A DNA stretch of 64,000 nucleotides from NCBI GenBank assembly GCA_050230475.1, contig JBFLGF010000099.1, forward strand, positions 1-64,000. The letters are read 5' to 3'. Below the pieces are notes generated by a model. It was not told where the DNA came from. It did not search any database and was given only the letters and a program-made list of their open reading frames with translations. The translations under genes were made by a program, and so were the position numbers. The stretch is from Ancylonema sp. (Eukaryota). Of this stretch, positions 1 through 12,388 are shown piece by piece; the stretch's first letter is position 1, and every line of letters begins with the position of its first letter.

Positions 1-92
<92 letters not shown>
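1..92. repeat. (CT)46 microsatellite in CYP710 intron 3, cut by the window edge
   Basis: Perfect CT run starting just inside the minus-strand GTGAG donor at 91-95. Confidence 0.97.
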
Positions 93-95
<3 letters not shown>

Positions 96-96
<1 letters not shown>

Positions 97-1483
97 TGCG
101 AAGTTTCCAGATTCATGTCGCGCAAATAGTTGCGCATTTGCAGGGGATTGGTGGATTGGGCGGCCTCCTTGAGCCAGAGCTGAATGTGGCGACGAATGCA
201 CGTTTCCTGGACAGAGGCGAAAAGAAATTGAATATCAATCAGGTCACCTGAAATTCAGGCCGATATGATGCAATGCCTTTATAAAAGAAACAGTCGGCTG
301 CACTGGCAGATAAGCCAATGAGCTGCCAGCATGCAACAGACAACTGACAGCACACGGCCGTCAATAACCGCCACTACCCGTCCAAATCCGCCAATAACCG
401 ACCATTACCGTACATATCCGTCCATAACTGTTGCACTGAGCAATGGGCAACGAGTAATGACTTCGCGTTCCTGCGACTTGCATCGTTATGCTGCACGATT
501 TGGATGCCAAACGTTCTGAGTCTTCACATCTTTCTCAGACTGCCCCCGTGCAATTTCCAGCCACACCAACGAGTGATGGAACCCCCTCCTGACCTGCAGG
601 TCGACGTATAGGCCAAGGGCCTTGCAGGTGAAGAGAGGAGCCAGTCGCCTTCTTAGGTCTTTGTGCACATCTCCCATCATCATGATCATGTTGTGCTCTC
701 CAAACAGAGCTTTTCCGAGGGGGTGACCAATCAGTTGGAACCCGCCCGGTCGAACGTTGGAGAATATTTTGTGAGACAGCTCAGAATCACGCACGAAGAC
801 AATGTAGTTGCCGATCAGCGAGTTCCAGGAGAGACCGGTGGCCATGGCAGCTTTGGCCTGTGAAGAGTCGACACGCGCGAGGTTGTGACTATGTGTGAGT
901 GAACGGGATTAATGACTGTGAAGAGGAGCACCTGGTCGTCAATAGTTGCAACAAGTGCGATTCTGTGTCTGCTCCACTCCTGGTCCTCGCTTATGACTGT
1001 CTACATTGTGAACGACCCTTCACAGATGCCGGATGTGGATAACAAATTGTACATATATTATATTTTCCAGTAATAAAAACAGACAGCTCGAAACAGGATT
1101 GCGCTCACGCAAGCAAGAAATCCGTACTTTCGGACAGTCGACAGAAGGGTTACGAGTTTACAGCCAAATCTTACGAAATCTCAGTCATGCCACGGGATAT
1201 TGGCCCAGAAACGTTGAGCAGGATTTCATGTGTCACTCCCACATACCTGATCGTCCCAGTACTTCGTCGGGTTATTGATCATTGTCACGATGCTGCCAAT
1301 GAGAGGAATGGAAAATGTTGGACCAGGCAGCCATTTTCGCTTCCGCTGATAATTTAACTGCTCGTACAGTAAGTAAGTTACTAGCAAAATCGCTACTACG
1401 TACTTCCAGGCCCCATCGGAAAGGATCCAGATTGGTTGGCCGTCCAAAGAGGAGGATATCACATTGGTACTGTTTCCAACCAT
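96..1483 (-). CDS. CYP710: Cytochrome P450 of the CYP710 family (sterol C-22 desaturase), first three exons; the gene continues beyond the window start
   Basis: Exons 1483-1247, 857-594 and 206-96 with phase-0 GT-AG introns. Membrane anchor, then YEQLNYQRKRKWLPGP, NPTKYWDDQ, SWNSLIGNYIVFVRDSELSHKIF, LIGHPLGKALFGEHNMI and LRDMNLETSQ, as in plant CYP710A proteins. Confidence 0.9.
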
Positions 1484-2331
1484 CGCAGCAAAGGGACAAT
1501 GTAATTCGTGTTTTCCGCTAAAAATGTGGCACAGCCCGTAGCCGCAAAGCTGAATACTGGTAAGCAAGGTGTTAAGGTGACTCCGTCGTATTAATCCCTG
1601 ACGGACTTGGGCGCTCTCTTCAGGCGAAGCTCAGTGAGTTGTGGGTCCCTTTTCAGACGCCCTACTCGCGTCTACCCGGAATTTTCCGCGGTACCTTCTG
1701 TTGAGGGGAAACTTCTCCGTGAAACTTTCGGATTCTGTCTGTCAGGAATTTCGGGCGCACGTACAACGGGCGGAAATCTATGGACGAGTTAGGATCACTG
1801 GGCCATCACTGGGCGGTTTCGATATAACGATGTTAATAAGTCCGAAAACTGACGGTAGCTTCCATGATTGTAGGACACGTGGAAGACAGCGAGGTGTTCT
1901 AAATTGACATCGTCACTATTTCGTCGTCACTTTAGTTTCTGCTGCCAATTTCCCCGGCACAGGTTGGTCGAATTCACACGACGGATCCATTTCGGCAGTA
2001 CTTCGCACAGATGCCGGGACCGGTAATGCATCATTCCCACAGTACGAATTTCGATTTTCTTTATTTCTGCCCAACACCCGAACAGAACATCGTGCGCAGA
2101 CCGTTGGGAATCGTCTCAACACAAAGCTCAGTTTTCCCGCGTGCCCCGAAGTTGCCGTCTGTCGAACTCAAATCCAAATTTTGAGAACGAACGAACATGG
2201 GAAGGCACAGATAGCGCTCTGAGTCCCCCCCTCCATTGGTCTTCCACCGTCTTGCTTCCCCGTTCTTCGTCTGCGCTTGGTTTCCACCCGACTCTTCGCT
2301 GCTCATAGTTTGATCGCACCTGTTTCCAGTC
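1484..2331. promoter_or_regulatory. Probable shared (divergent) promoter and 5' UTR region of CYP710 and the NHL/LEA_2 gene
   Basis: Start codons face away from each other, 848 bp apart. Position only; no motif is claimed. Confidence 0.5.
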
Positions 2332-5300
2332 ATGTCCGACATGAGAGCTCATCCTGGTCCTCGCAGCAACCCGCTATATGGTGGGCCGCCAGCCCAGGGT
2401 GCATCTAATGCTGGTGGTCGAACCCCATCATGGGCCCGGCGTGGGGTTCCCTCACCCGCTCGAAACACCGCCTTCAGTGATGTGGCATCAACGCCTCCGG
2501 ATTCACCCGCACGCGACCATTTCGGCCCGTATACGCCGGCATACGAGGATCCCGGATATACTGTGGAAACCCCTGGCCATTCAGAAGCGATAGCATCACC
2601 GTACCATGCCCCCCCTTATTACGTCCAAACCCCTGCGGCATCCGATGGTGTAGGATCCCCTTTGTCTTCAGCTCCTTCGTCCCCATCTCATTTTGGACCC
2701 AATGGCATGCAGAATGGTACTCAAGATAGCAGAGGGTCTCGTGGAGCTTTGGGAAAGCCACGTGTCAGTCGCTTTGGTCAGCATTCGATCATGAAGATTG
2801 ATGAAGAAGAAGAAGAGTTCCCAGATCTCGAACGAGATCATGACCGGTGGACGAAGCAATGGACAGGATGTCTCTGGATCACACTCGTCATCATCACGTT
2901 CCTGATTGGGCTCGGGATACTGATTGTGTGGCTGCTCTACCGGCCGACTCCTCCGAGATACCAGTTCCAGGTTTTTTTCCTCTTCCTTCCTCTGCACACT
3001 GCTGTATGTCAGACCATGTGGCTGTGTGTGGCTGCTGAATTGTGTCAGGCCATTTGAGAACAGAATAAAAGTCAATAGAGGGCCTAAGGTTTCTCTCCAT
3101 GGTGTACTGCTGACATATACCTGCAATAAGCATACGGGTACCTAAATGGAGAATCTTCTTGGACTCGAAGATAAGCGGGTAGTACGCATGGTGCTCTCCT
3201 GAAAGAGGTGCGAGGACATCGGCAGATTTTGTATTGTATTATTCGGATCCGCTTGAGAGCATGTGTCACTGACGGGAGAGATGGGACAGGTTCAAGGCTA
3301 CCGGATTCTGGGAATTGGCATAACTCCTGCTCCCAACCCAGGTTCTACAGATTCTACAGTACGGAAGAGAGTCACATTTTCAACTGCCGTCGTATCGACT
3401 TATGGTCCGTCTGAGTTTGTATAATTCTCACAGCAGTATACTGCTGGTATTTTCGACATGTCCATTTTTTATTTTTTTTATGGACGTCCTTTGCTGCAGA
3501 CTGTCTGCAACAGAGTGGTTGGCAGGGTGCAAGGGTACTTACTAGGCAAGATGGCCGTTTCCCGGCGTACAATAAGTATATTTGTAATTTTCAAAACCTA
3601 GCTCAAGACATAGAGTACAAACAACTGGCCTCCAATTAAATGCCAGACAACAGGCCTCACCGTTGTTTCCTGCAAGGCCCACTGCATACGAGTTTTTGCC
3701 AGGGAGAGTACTAGTAGCTGGGGTCCGATGGTGCAGATATTGCTGTATCATAACGTGCGCTGCAAAGCTGCTCCTTATCCACACCTATATGGTTTACTAA
3801 AAGGAAGGTCAGGCATACTGGAGTTCAATCCAACTTTTGTACTGCTGCATGCTGTATGTTTTCCGGCGCTTACAACAGGAACAGCAAAACCAGGTCACTA
3901 GATTCGTGCTCACACTGATGGTGGAGACGGAACACAGCTTTGGTTTTACGGGTTACTTAAACATAGTATGAACCGCACTGTTTCCGGGAAAGTACCTGGA
4001 GTTTTCTTTCTGCACATCATTGTACAAAATCTGTGGCCAAAGGATGTGTCGACGTAGTGAAACTACAGGGAGGTTAGACGACGCCTGACTGTGGCTTCAT
4101 CTCCGGACAAGTCAAGTCGAGAATTTAAGAAGTCAACAGGTCATTAAGTCAACAAGTCAACAGGTCTTTCCAGGCTGTGAGCTACTGGCAGAACAGGGCA
4201 CAGAACAAACATCACAATGTCTGCCGGGGGTGTCTTCTGTGACATCATATGCATTCATGCCTAGCTCTCTTTCATCCCTTTTGTCAGTCCCTTCCTGGCA
4301 GCAGAATTCCAGCAGCTTGGGTTCAGGTCTCCCTCAAACCCCCTCCTACCTTCTTTTCACAGCAGACCAGCTCCGAAACTCCAACTTATCTGGAACTCAA
4401 AACCTTGTACCCATTCCGAGTGCTGTGTTCCAGGGTATTGAAGTGAACCGTTTGGAGGTCCATTCCTCCAACTTCGACGCCAATGGCATCACCACCTCCA
4501 CCGTGTACGGCAACATCACGGTGTACTTTGAGGCCCACAACCCCAACGACAACTATGGGATGGGGTACACGGAGAGCACGGTGCAGTTTGGGTACCTCAG
4601 TTTGCCGGGAATGCTGGAGGGGAAGGTAAGGGAGATTGTCGAAATACCTACACTCTCTTTCTCACTCACTCATTACTACCATTAGTGTCACATGGTAGTG
4701 TTGCTCGGGTGATCACCATTCTGTATTATGTGATTTAAGGGAGCATTCGCCGTACATCAGACCAGCCTTTGTGTTGCATCTTCAGGAAGGTGTTTGTTTA
4801 GCAGGAAGGGAGGGGACAGAGATCAAGACAGCTGTCGGGTTACTGGAGGGGGGAGGGGGTGAATAACTTGGAAAATGGATGCAAATGAAACATACATTAT
4901 TATGGGGAAATATAACTATGAAGAGACTCCACTACCCAGGCTTCTCATCCAATACTGGCTTCGGGTTTGGATTTGGCTTCTGGATGGGCCAGATGGATTG
5001 GACTGGGGATAAATGCGGGCAACTAAACTGGGAATCCACTCATGGGGTGTGCACAGCTTGACGATTAACAGCTGCTGGTCCCCCCCCAACAGATTCCGGC
5101 CTTCAAACGGGGTGCCAACGATTACACCAATTTCACGGCCAATGCGGTTGCGTGGAATGTTCCTCTGTACGGAGCTGGCCCGTTTCTGGAGCAGAGCATG
5201 ACGGCGTCTCAGATGTTGCCGCTGCAGTTCACGGCCATCTTCAACTCGCGCGTGGAGGTGGTGTGGAAGATCATCAAGCAAAGCTACGCGCGAAACTTCA

Positions 5301-5371
5301 CGTGCACCATCACGCTGAACTCCACAAACCTGTTCATGGTGAACAACACGTGCGCAAGGGGCTTCGTGTGA
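2332..5371 (+). CDS. NDR1/HIN1-like membrane protein with LEA_2 domain, about 369 aa
   Basis: Exons 2332-2970, 4434-4625 and 5093-5371 join in frame. Pro/Ser-rich N-terminus, one TM helix ending VWLLYRPTPP, EAHNPNDNYGMGY motif, C-terminal FTC...NNTC cysteine pair. Confidence 0.85.
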
Positions 5372-5928
5372 AGCTAGGGGCAGGGGAAATGAGAAGTATC
5401 CGTTTTTAATCTTTCATAGTGTGAATGTTTGTTGGATGGCGAGTTGGAGCATAGAATGTATACCGACAGTCAGTGAGGTTATGTGTTATCGCAATAATTA
5501 TTGCCAAGTACCACGTTTTTGTTTTAATTTTAGTTGTAGGCATCATTATTCTGGTCCTACCATTCAAGTCAAGCAAAGAAGTGTTTGATTTCTTGGAGTA
5601 GATTCCCTCAGCTATTACGACTTGCCTAGAGAGCTTAGAGCGCGTGGGAGGGAACAAAGATTTTGCTTTACGTTTGTGTATGATGTAGGTACACAACCTA
5701 AGTTGTTTTAGGGTAGCGCTTGGCACAGTACAGTCCTGCTCTAATTGGCGGAATGACAATAAGGTCGCGGTCGATTCAACATCACCATGGACCTACAAGG
5801 TCAGACTTTGAACTTCAGACTCTCATTCACTGCAATATCTCACTTAAGGCCGAGACCCCTTCAGGCCACGTAGGACATGAGTTGATGATGTATGGCCTCC
5901 TCCTTGTGTATTGTTCTGGCCACACATA

Positions 5929-6167
5929 CCGTACTGGCTACACATAATGACCCACAAATAATTATGAGAAGGGTGGGTCAGGTCAAATTAAATAATTCAT
6001 TTTTTTCAAAAAAGTGGGTCATTCTACAATGTGGGTCACCAGATAATAAATATTTTTCAGGATTTTTAGAAATTTTATACTAGGTGCACGGGTTGGGTCA
6101 AGTGGTGGTTTCTTAGTTAAATTAATTCATGTCTTAAAACCCGGGTCATTGCGTATGGCCACTACGG
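5929..6167. mobile_element. About 240-bp MITE, Tc1/mariner-type, TA target (copy 1)
   Basis: TA|CCGTACTGGCTACACATAATGACCC...GGGTCATTGCGTATGGCCACTACGG|TA; homologs at 7568-7805 and 61126-61352. Confidence 0.88.
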
Positions 6168-6245
6168 TAATGACCCTCAAGTAATTATGGTAGGGTGGGT
6201 CGGGTCAAATTGAATGACTCATTTGTTGTAAAAAGTGAATCATTC

Positions 6246-7202
6246 CATAGTTGCACGAAGTCCGAACCGTTTCCAAAAACCGGATCTAAGATGGATCCGG
6301 TTCCGACAGAAGTGGCCGCGGTTCGGAACCGGAGGGTTCAGGGTTTATTCAATTGACCGTCGTTTTGAGGGGTCATATGGCACGGAAAAAAATGATGCAT
6401 AGTTGTTTTTCGTGTGACTCGTCATGCTCTGTAAAAACTAACAAAAATATCAAACAAAAATATCAAACAAACGATATCCATCGTACAAAAACTAGAAACG
6501 ATTTTCCGCATGAGTATAACCCTCATGATTTATTTGGTGCATTTGTACGTTTTGCTCGCTTCTATGCAAACTGTGTTTATGTTTATGTGCAAGTAGTTCA
6601 AAGAAATGGTTATATCTTTTTATGATCATCCAATGCTCATCTCCGTTACATATATATTTTGCCTCATTCCCATTTACGTGTCATACTTCCATGTGAAAAT
6701 GTTACGAGAGGATGTTTTTAACCATAATCTAATGGCATTTAACATATGCTTCAACCTTTCATGTGTTTTCTATTTCAAATCGTGCTCACAAAGATCCGAC
6801 ATTGCTTTTATAATTAGACTCTTATCCTCTACCTTCCACATCCCTTGCTTCTCCAAAGTCGGATGTGTGTGTCAGAGAGGAAGGCCGGGTGCTGTTTTCG
6901 GCCAATGAAATTGCACCACGTCTTACAATGGCGTGAAAGAGAGCAAATTAAAACTTGCAATGGCCGAGCAATATTTTCCCGATGAAATGTATACCTATTT
7001 TGGCGTATGAAAGGGACGTGGAGTCACCAACATAAACATGTACAACGGTATATTTTGCCCGCCTACATTTTTTGGGAGGGGGAAAATACTATACCGCGGA
7101 AAGGAGGAAAACCCTAAAATCTACCCGATTCGTCCGGTTCCGAAACAGTTCCATCTCGGAACCGGTTCTATAAAAAAAAAACAGCCGGTTCGTGCAACAA
7201 TG
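6246..7202. mobile_element. Non-autonomous hAT-like element, CATAGTTG family
   Basis: TIR CATAGTTGCACGAA / TTCGTGCAACAATG, subterminal GAACCG/CCGG motifs. Possible TSD AATCATTC / AATCAATC, the right copy displaced to 7433-7440. Confidence 0.7.
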
Positions 7203-7205
7203 AAT

Positions 7206-7432
7206 TCCGTGGTTTCGTCCCGGACCGTCCGGGGATCTCCGGACGCGTTCCGGACGCGTCCCGGACCCGGACGCCTCAGCCAAAATCTGATGTCCATATT
7301 TTTGGAACCCCCATATTTGTGTGACTTTAGAATGAAAACCTTTTTGTTTTTTTTTGGCATCTTAGTTGCGTCCCGGACCGTCCGGGGATCTCCGGACGCG
7401 TCCGGTATCCTCGCGTCCGGGACACAATAACG
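7206..7432. mobile_element. Small GC-rich MITE-like element
   Basis: Imperfect inverted ends (GTTTCGTCCCGGA / TCCGGGACACAA); GTCCCGGACCGTCCGGGGATCTCCGGACGCGT occurs near both ends. Confidence 0.55.
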
Positions 7433-7567
7433 AATCAATCCATAACGTGGGTCGCTAGATTATAAATAGGAGTTTGGATTTTTTTATTTATTTGTTGCTC
7501 ATGTGGATTAATTGGTGGTTTATTTGCTATATTAAATGGTTTTCGAAAATCCGGGTCATCATCTATA

Positions 7568-7805
7568 CCGTAGTGGTCATACATAATGACCCGGGTTTTT
7601 TAAAACGAATTAATTTAGCCAAGAAACCACCACTTGACCCAACCCGCGCACCCAATACAAAAATTCCAAAAATCCTGAAAAACATTTATTATCTAGTGAC
7701 CCACATTATAGAATGACCCACTTTGTTAAAAAATCAAATTATTTAATTCGACCCGACCCACCCTTTTCATAATTATTTGAGGGTCATTATGTGTGGCCGG
7801 TACGG
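7568..7805. mobile_element. About 240-bp MITE (copy 2, inverted relative to copy 1)
   Basis: TA|CCGTAGTGGTCATACATAATGACCC...GGGTCATTATGTGTGGCCGGTACGG|TA; reverse-complement match to 5929-6167. Confidence 0.88.
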
Positions 7806-7983
7806 TATCCAGAAGAGTAACCATTCGTAGAAATTGTGCAACAAATGTTTTTCATTGACAAGCGGAGCGGCATACACAGCATACTTAGGTTTGGCATTGC
7901 TTGCAAGATGGTGAAGTACATCCGCAATGAGCAGCCTCCGCTCACCACATGACTACTTCGAAGATTTCTAGCATTACACCAAC

Positions 7984-8093
7984 CATAGTTGGGCCCAATC
8001 CATCTTGATCCCCAATCTGAATCTGCGCCAGATTGGACCCTTCCGGATCTGTGCGGGATTGGAACTATTCCGGTCGGATCGGGACCAACTATG
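7984..8093. mobile_element. 110-bp hAT MITE, CATAGTTG family
   Basis: TIR CATAGTTGGGCCCAATCC / GGATCGGGACCAACTATG with perfect 8-bp TSD ACACCAAC. Confidence 0.9.
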
Positions 8094-10334
8094 ACACCAA
8101 CCACATGAATTATACTACAAAGATGACAATTACTTACAAATGCAATTGCACCCAGCAACGGAGAGCTCTTCATAGAGCAACAACTACAAATGAATATGCC
8201 AATTACATCTGATCACTTTGGGGCAACAAAACATGAACAATCTCCAAGCTGAGTGTCATAAGACAGGGCTGACCGAACATCATATATTTCAAGAAAATGC
8301 ACATGGACAAAGACAAATAATTCGGAACAATGATGACTACATCAGGGCAACAATATTGGGCTGGCTAATTTCCTAAACCTTGTCCTTGTTCTGCCACCAC
8401 TAATTATTGTACAGATCATCCAGATGCACTTTATACCAAAACTGATGAGCCCCTACTGGTAATTGTCTTGCCAATTGTCGTAATATTGAATTTGCTCCTT
8501 TTTAGTTAATGTCTTGTTAAACTGTTGACAGACAAGAGAGGAAATGCCCAAAGTCAGATTTATTGATATTGTAAAACAAATACCACATGGACGACACACA
8601 CTCTCAAATCAGCACGTGGACAATGCACACTTGCACTGGATGCGGAACCCCACACCATTCTCATCTGACTCTGACCTTTAATAAAAACAAACGTAAATTC
8701 TGTGCGAACAAGAGCCACACTATAACCACCAGCATTCAATTGTGGCCGGTTCACTCACTTGTCTGACCAGGCGACTTTGAACCTTTCACCTCGGGAACTT
8801 CCAAGTAAAAAGAAATTCTGTTTCATTTTTATTATTTTCATAATCTACTACCTGAAATCTGGTCGCCCAAGCTCACCTCTCCCTAGCACATATTCCTTGT
8901 GCATCGTCAAAAACTTAAAACTTGCTCTGGTTCTAATCCAGAGCCATTACCACGACAGCGTTGTACTCAATAGACAACGAAAACAGGCTGACAGCACGCA
9001 AATCCCACTGATAGAAGGAAAAAATGGTACTCCGTACAAACATGCCTCCTTTTTATGTGCTGTTATTTTAGTTTTTATTATGACAATTATTTTATTTATT
9101 TATTTAATTTTATTTTCCTGATCCCTTGTTTGGTGCATGCCTTTCTGATTGTTACTTCAAATATATGAAGCGTGACTGTACTAACGAAAAGACAGGCTTA
9201 CCAATTTTGCCTCATACGGTCTGCGCTTTCTGATAGCCTTCTTCAATTGATAGTTCTCGCATACCATTGCCCAGTCATGATAGCTGCAAAATCAGAATAT
9301 AAACGGAACGACTGTTACAATATGGCAACCTCAAACATTTTAATGGATGACAAAACATATATTAAATAACAAATTGTCACTTCTGGTATCACCTCTGCAA
9401 GGAATCATTTTCAGAATACAACAGGCTTACGTGACTCCATAAATGACAAGCTTCGTACATTTGACGATAACTAGCTGCTTAAAATATGTACGCGGCGATA
9501 AGGTGACTGTTTTTTTTTAATGCAGCTTTTGGCGGTCGTTACAGGCAAGTGCACCAAAGGAGCTGTTACACTTCGCTTCGGCCCTAGTAAAAGGGCCAAA
9601 ATCGAGAAGAAAATACATACGTTTGTAGTTAAGAATACGATAATGCTGCGCAAGAGTTACTGGAATGTATGTGTGTGTGTAACCACGTGGGACAACATTT
9701 CTAGACAGATTCGCAGAAGTTCTATGCCGGCTTACTTCCATGCTCTGTTGAATTGCCAGTGGTACGGGTTTACAGCAGTGACAGCTGTGAAACCGACGGC
9801 TCCCCAGAAGATGTTGGAGAAGACTTCCTTTTCGACATGAGGAACGCCAGGGTCACCAGTATAGGCAGGTCCGAAAATTTTATCCATGTGAATATAAAGA
9901 CTTTCCAGTCAAGGTGGTGTGAGAAGTGATGCGCTGTATTGACAGAAACACACAAAAGAGAATGGGGCAGTGATGGCGCCGTAGGGAGCCCTGAACAAGT
10001 GAACGTGTTTTCGTAGCAGACAGAACCTGTGGGAAGCACCCGTCCATTTGCGCCATACCTGGCGCAAGGAGCTGAGCTACAAAACAGTTTCACAAAACAG
10101 TTTTAAACCCCTGACCGGCCCCCGCCCTGCTCCGAAAATATAACCCCGTTTTTTTTCGCCCCGGGCGAACTTTCGCCGGGCGGCGCCTCGGAATTTGATT
10201 TCCGGTCGGGACGGAGCATCGAAGATTGTTAAGGTTTTCTGGGTAATAAGATCTTAAGACCACGTAGATCATGTCCATTTTCTAGATCAAATACGAGTTC
10301 GAGTTTTCATTCGAGTTTTAGTAACACTTATAAG

Positions 10335-10482
10335 CATAGATGGGTCTGTGGAGTGCGGGTCCCGCACGTGTTCCGCACGCGTGCGCGAATCTCGCGCACG
10401 GTGCGCGCCCATACGCGTTAAATTCTTATTATTATTCCCCGGGGGGGGGGGGGGGTACTTCCTACACCCCAGGGGTGCCGGG
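10335..10482 (+). repeat. Element end starting CATAGATG; inverted homolog at 27338-27510
   Basis: Shares GGAGTGCG..CCCGCACGTGTTCCGCACGCGTGCGC and GTACTTCCTACACCCCA.GGGTGCCGGG with the reverse complement of 27338-27510. A related end at 11907 has the same CTTATAAG flank. Confidence 0.7.
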
Positions 10483-11223
10483 ATGTTTCCAAAATCATAA
10501 AATGTATTTGGTGAACCGGTTACAATGTGGCAGTATTCAATTTAGGGCCTAAGACGTTATATCGAACTACTTACAGTGCAAAATGGGTCAGTACTCACTA
10601 CAGTAAGGAATAACGTGTCTAAAGGAATACAAAATTTCGGTCCCAAACCCGGATTTTTTAGGAACCGTTGCTTGAAGTCTCTCCCTTTATTAAACTTCAC
10701 ATCATTCGAGAGAAAAAACAAAAACATAGCGTTGATATCAACTACATGGTCCCCTCTACAACACCTTGAAATATTATGGGACAAACTACGGGCACCCCTA
10801 GAACGACTACAGGCAACCCCCTCCGACAACCCGAAGCCTCTCCCTTTTTTAACTCCACATTGATCTGTGAAATTACAAAAAAAGTGATTATATCAACTAC
10901 ATGGTCCCCTCTACAATAAGCAGAAAAAATAAAAATGAATATCGCAAAACGTTTAGAAGCTAGGGTTTTTTGAACTTAGTTATTTATAAGGGAGAGTATG
11001 CGGGCAATTGGAGGGAGGTACCCGGAGTCCCTTTGGGGGGTGCCCGTAGTCTCTCCCAAATATTATCTTTAATATCATAAAACGTTTAGAAGCTAATAAT
11101 TTTTGAACATGGTGTTTTGAAAAAGGAGAGACTGCGGGCACGCAGTGGGGGGTACCCGTAGTCGCTTGGGTGGGTGCCCTCAATTTTTCAAAAAAATAAA
11201 TGTATTTATGAGGCGGGAATTAT

Positions 11224-11692
11224 TGTTAGGACCCTCGCTACAATCACTAGGGCTCCCTAGCGAGACGCCCATCTTTGGCGTTAGAGCGCCACAAGGGCAA
11301 TTTTCCCTATAGCGAGTTGTGTGCCTTTATAGTGAGTTGTGTGTCCCTAGCGGTTGCCTGGCCCCTAGGGAGTATTATATTGAGTCTATATCTGACGCAA
11401 TTGTGACGTTATCCTGATGGTGTTGTGCCATTAGCATGGCTAGAGTGAGTTATCCCACACTGAGCGTAGAGTTTACTAGAGCCGACTTTCATACATCTTG
11501 CCGATAGGAATGAATTAAAAGCATTTCTATCAACTCATATACTTGCACCTTTGTTGTGCTCTACTACCATACAACCAAACCATTGTCCATCGGCTCATTC
11601 GCCTTCCTATCATATCGGCACATTATCGCCATTCATTTGTGTGTGCACTTTCAACTAGTTTGCTAGGGGCTTCCTGTCATTCGCCCCTAACA
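11224..11692 (+). mobile_element. Solo LTR of a Gypsy/chromovirus family
   Basis: TGTTAGG...CCTAACA ends, near-TSD ATTAT/AATAT, homologous to 15051-15492 (inverted) and 15675-15767. Confidence 0.85.
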
Positions 11693-12388
11693 AATATGGT
11701 ACGATTTTGTTCAAATTGACTTCTTATTGATACTGGTTGCGAGACTTCGGACACCACACGCTAGACATCATTTAGTGACACCTATGCGTCCGATCCGTGG
11801 CGTAACGTCAATGTGAGAAACGAAGAAATGCGAGCGACATGAGAAATTAGAAAAATTCAAATTGAGAAATAGAGTAGAAGATGAAGATGAGAGGCTTACT
11901 TATAAGCATAGATGGGTCACCACCGTGCGCAAGATTTGCGCACGTGTGCGGTACGCGTGTGCGAGCACACGCGCGCGGCACGCGTGCCGCACCGGGACAA
12001 TTTTTGTAATCGACTTCGGACGTCGAAATTTGACCAAGTACAGTAAAACCTGTCTAAAAGAATATTGTCGGGACCAGGAAATACTATTCCTTTAGACTTC
12101 ATTTCAGCGTTCGTTCGGCCCATTGCACTCGTTACTCAGAACCAGGCTACAACGCAAAGATGCTTTTCCGTACGACAGGAGATTTGCTAACGATCACCAA
12201 AACGTTGGCAGGAACGATAACTTGACTCGTGGCTCTCTCGCTGCGGGCAAGCAGACAATGTTGTTGACACTGTGGGGATTCTATCAAAGTGTGAAGCAAC
12301 ACAATAAGTAAGTAAGAACACTATAGCTATTGGTCGGCGATCGACTATTTATGTGTGAGTCTTAATTACTTGTAGTCTGCACCAAAGG

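Larger units (their letters stand above)
5911..7817. mobile_element. Older Tc1/mariner-type MITE copy split by four later insertions
   Basis: Pieces 5911-5928, 6170-6245, 7441-7567 and 7808-7817 reassemble into a copy colinear with the MITE at 5929-6167. Confidence 0.65.
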
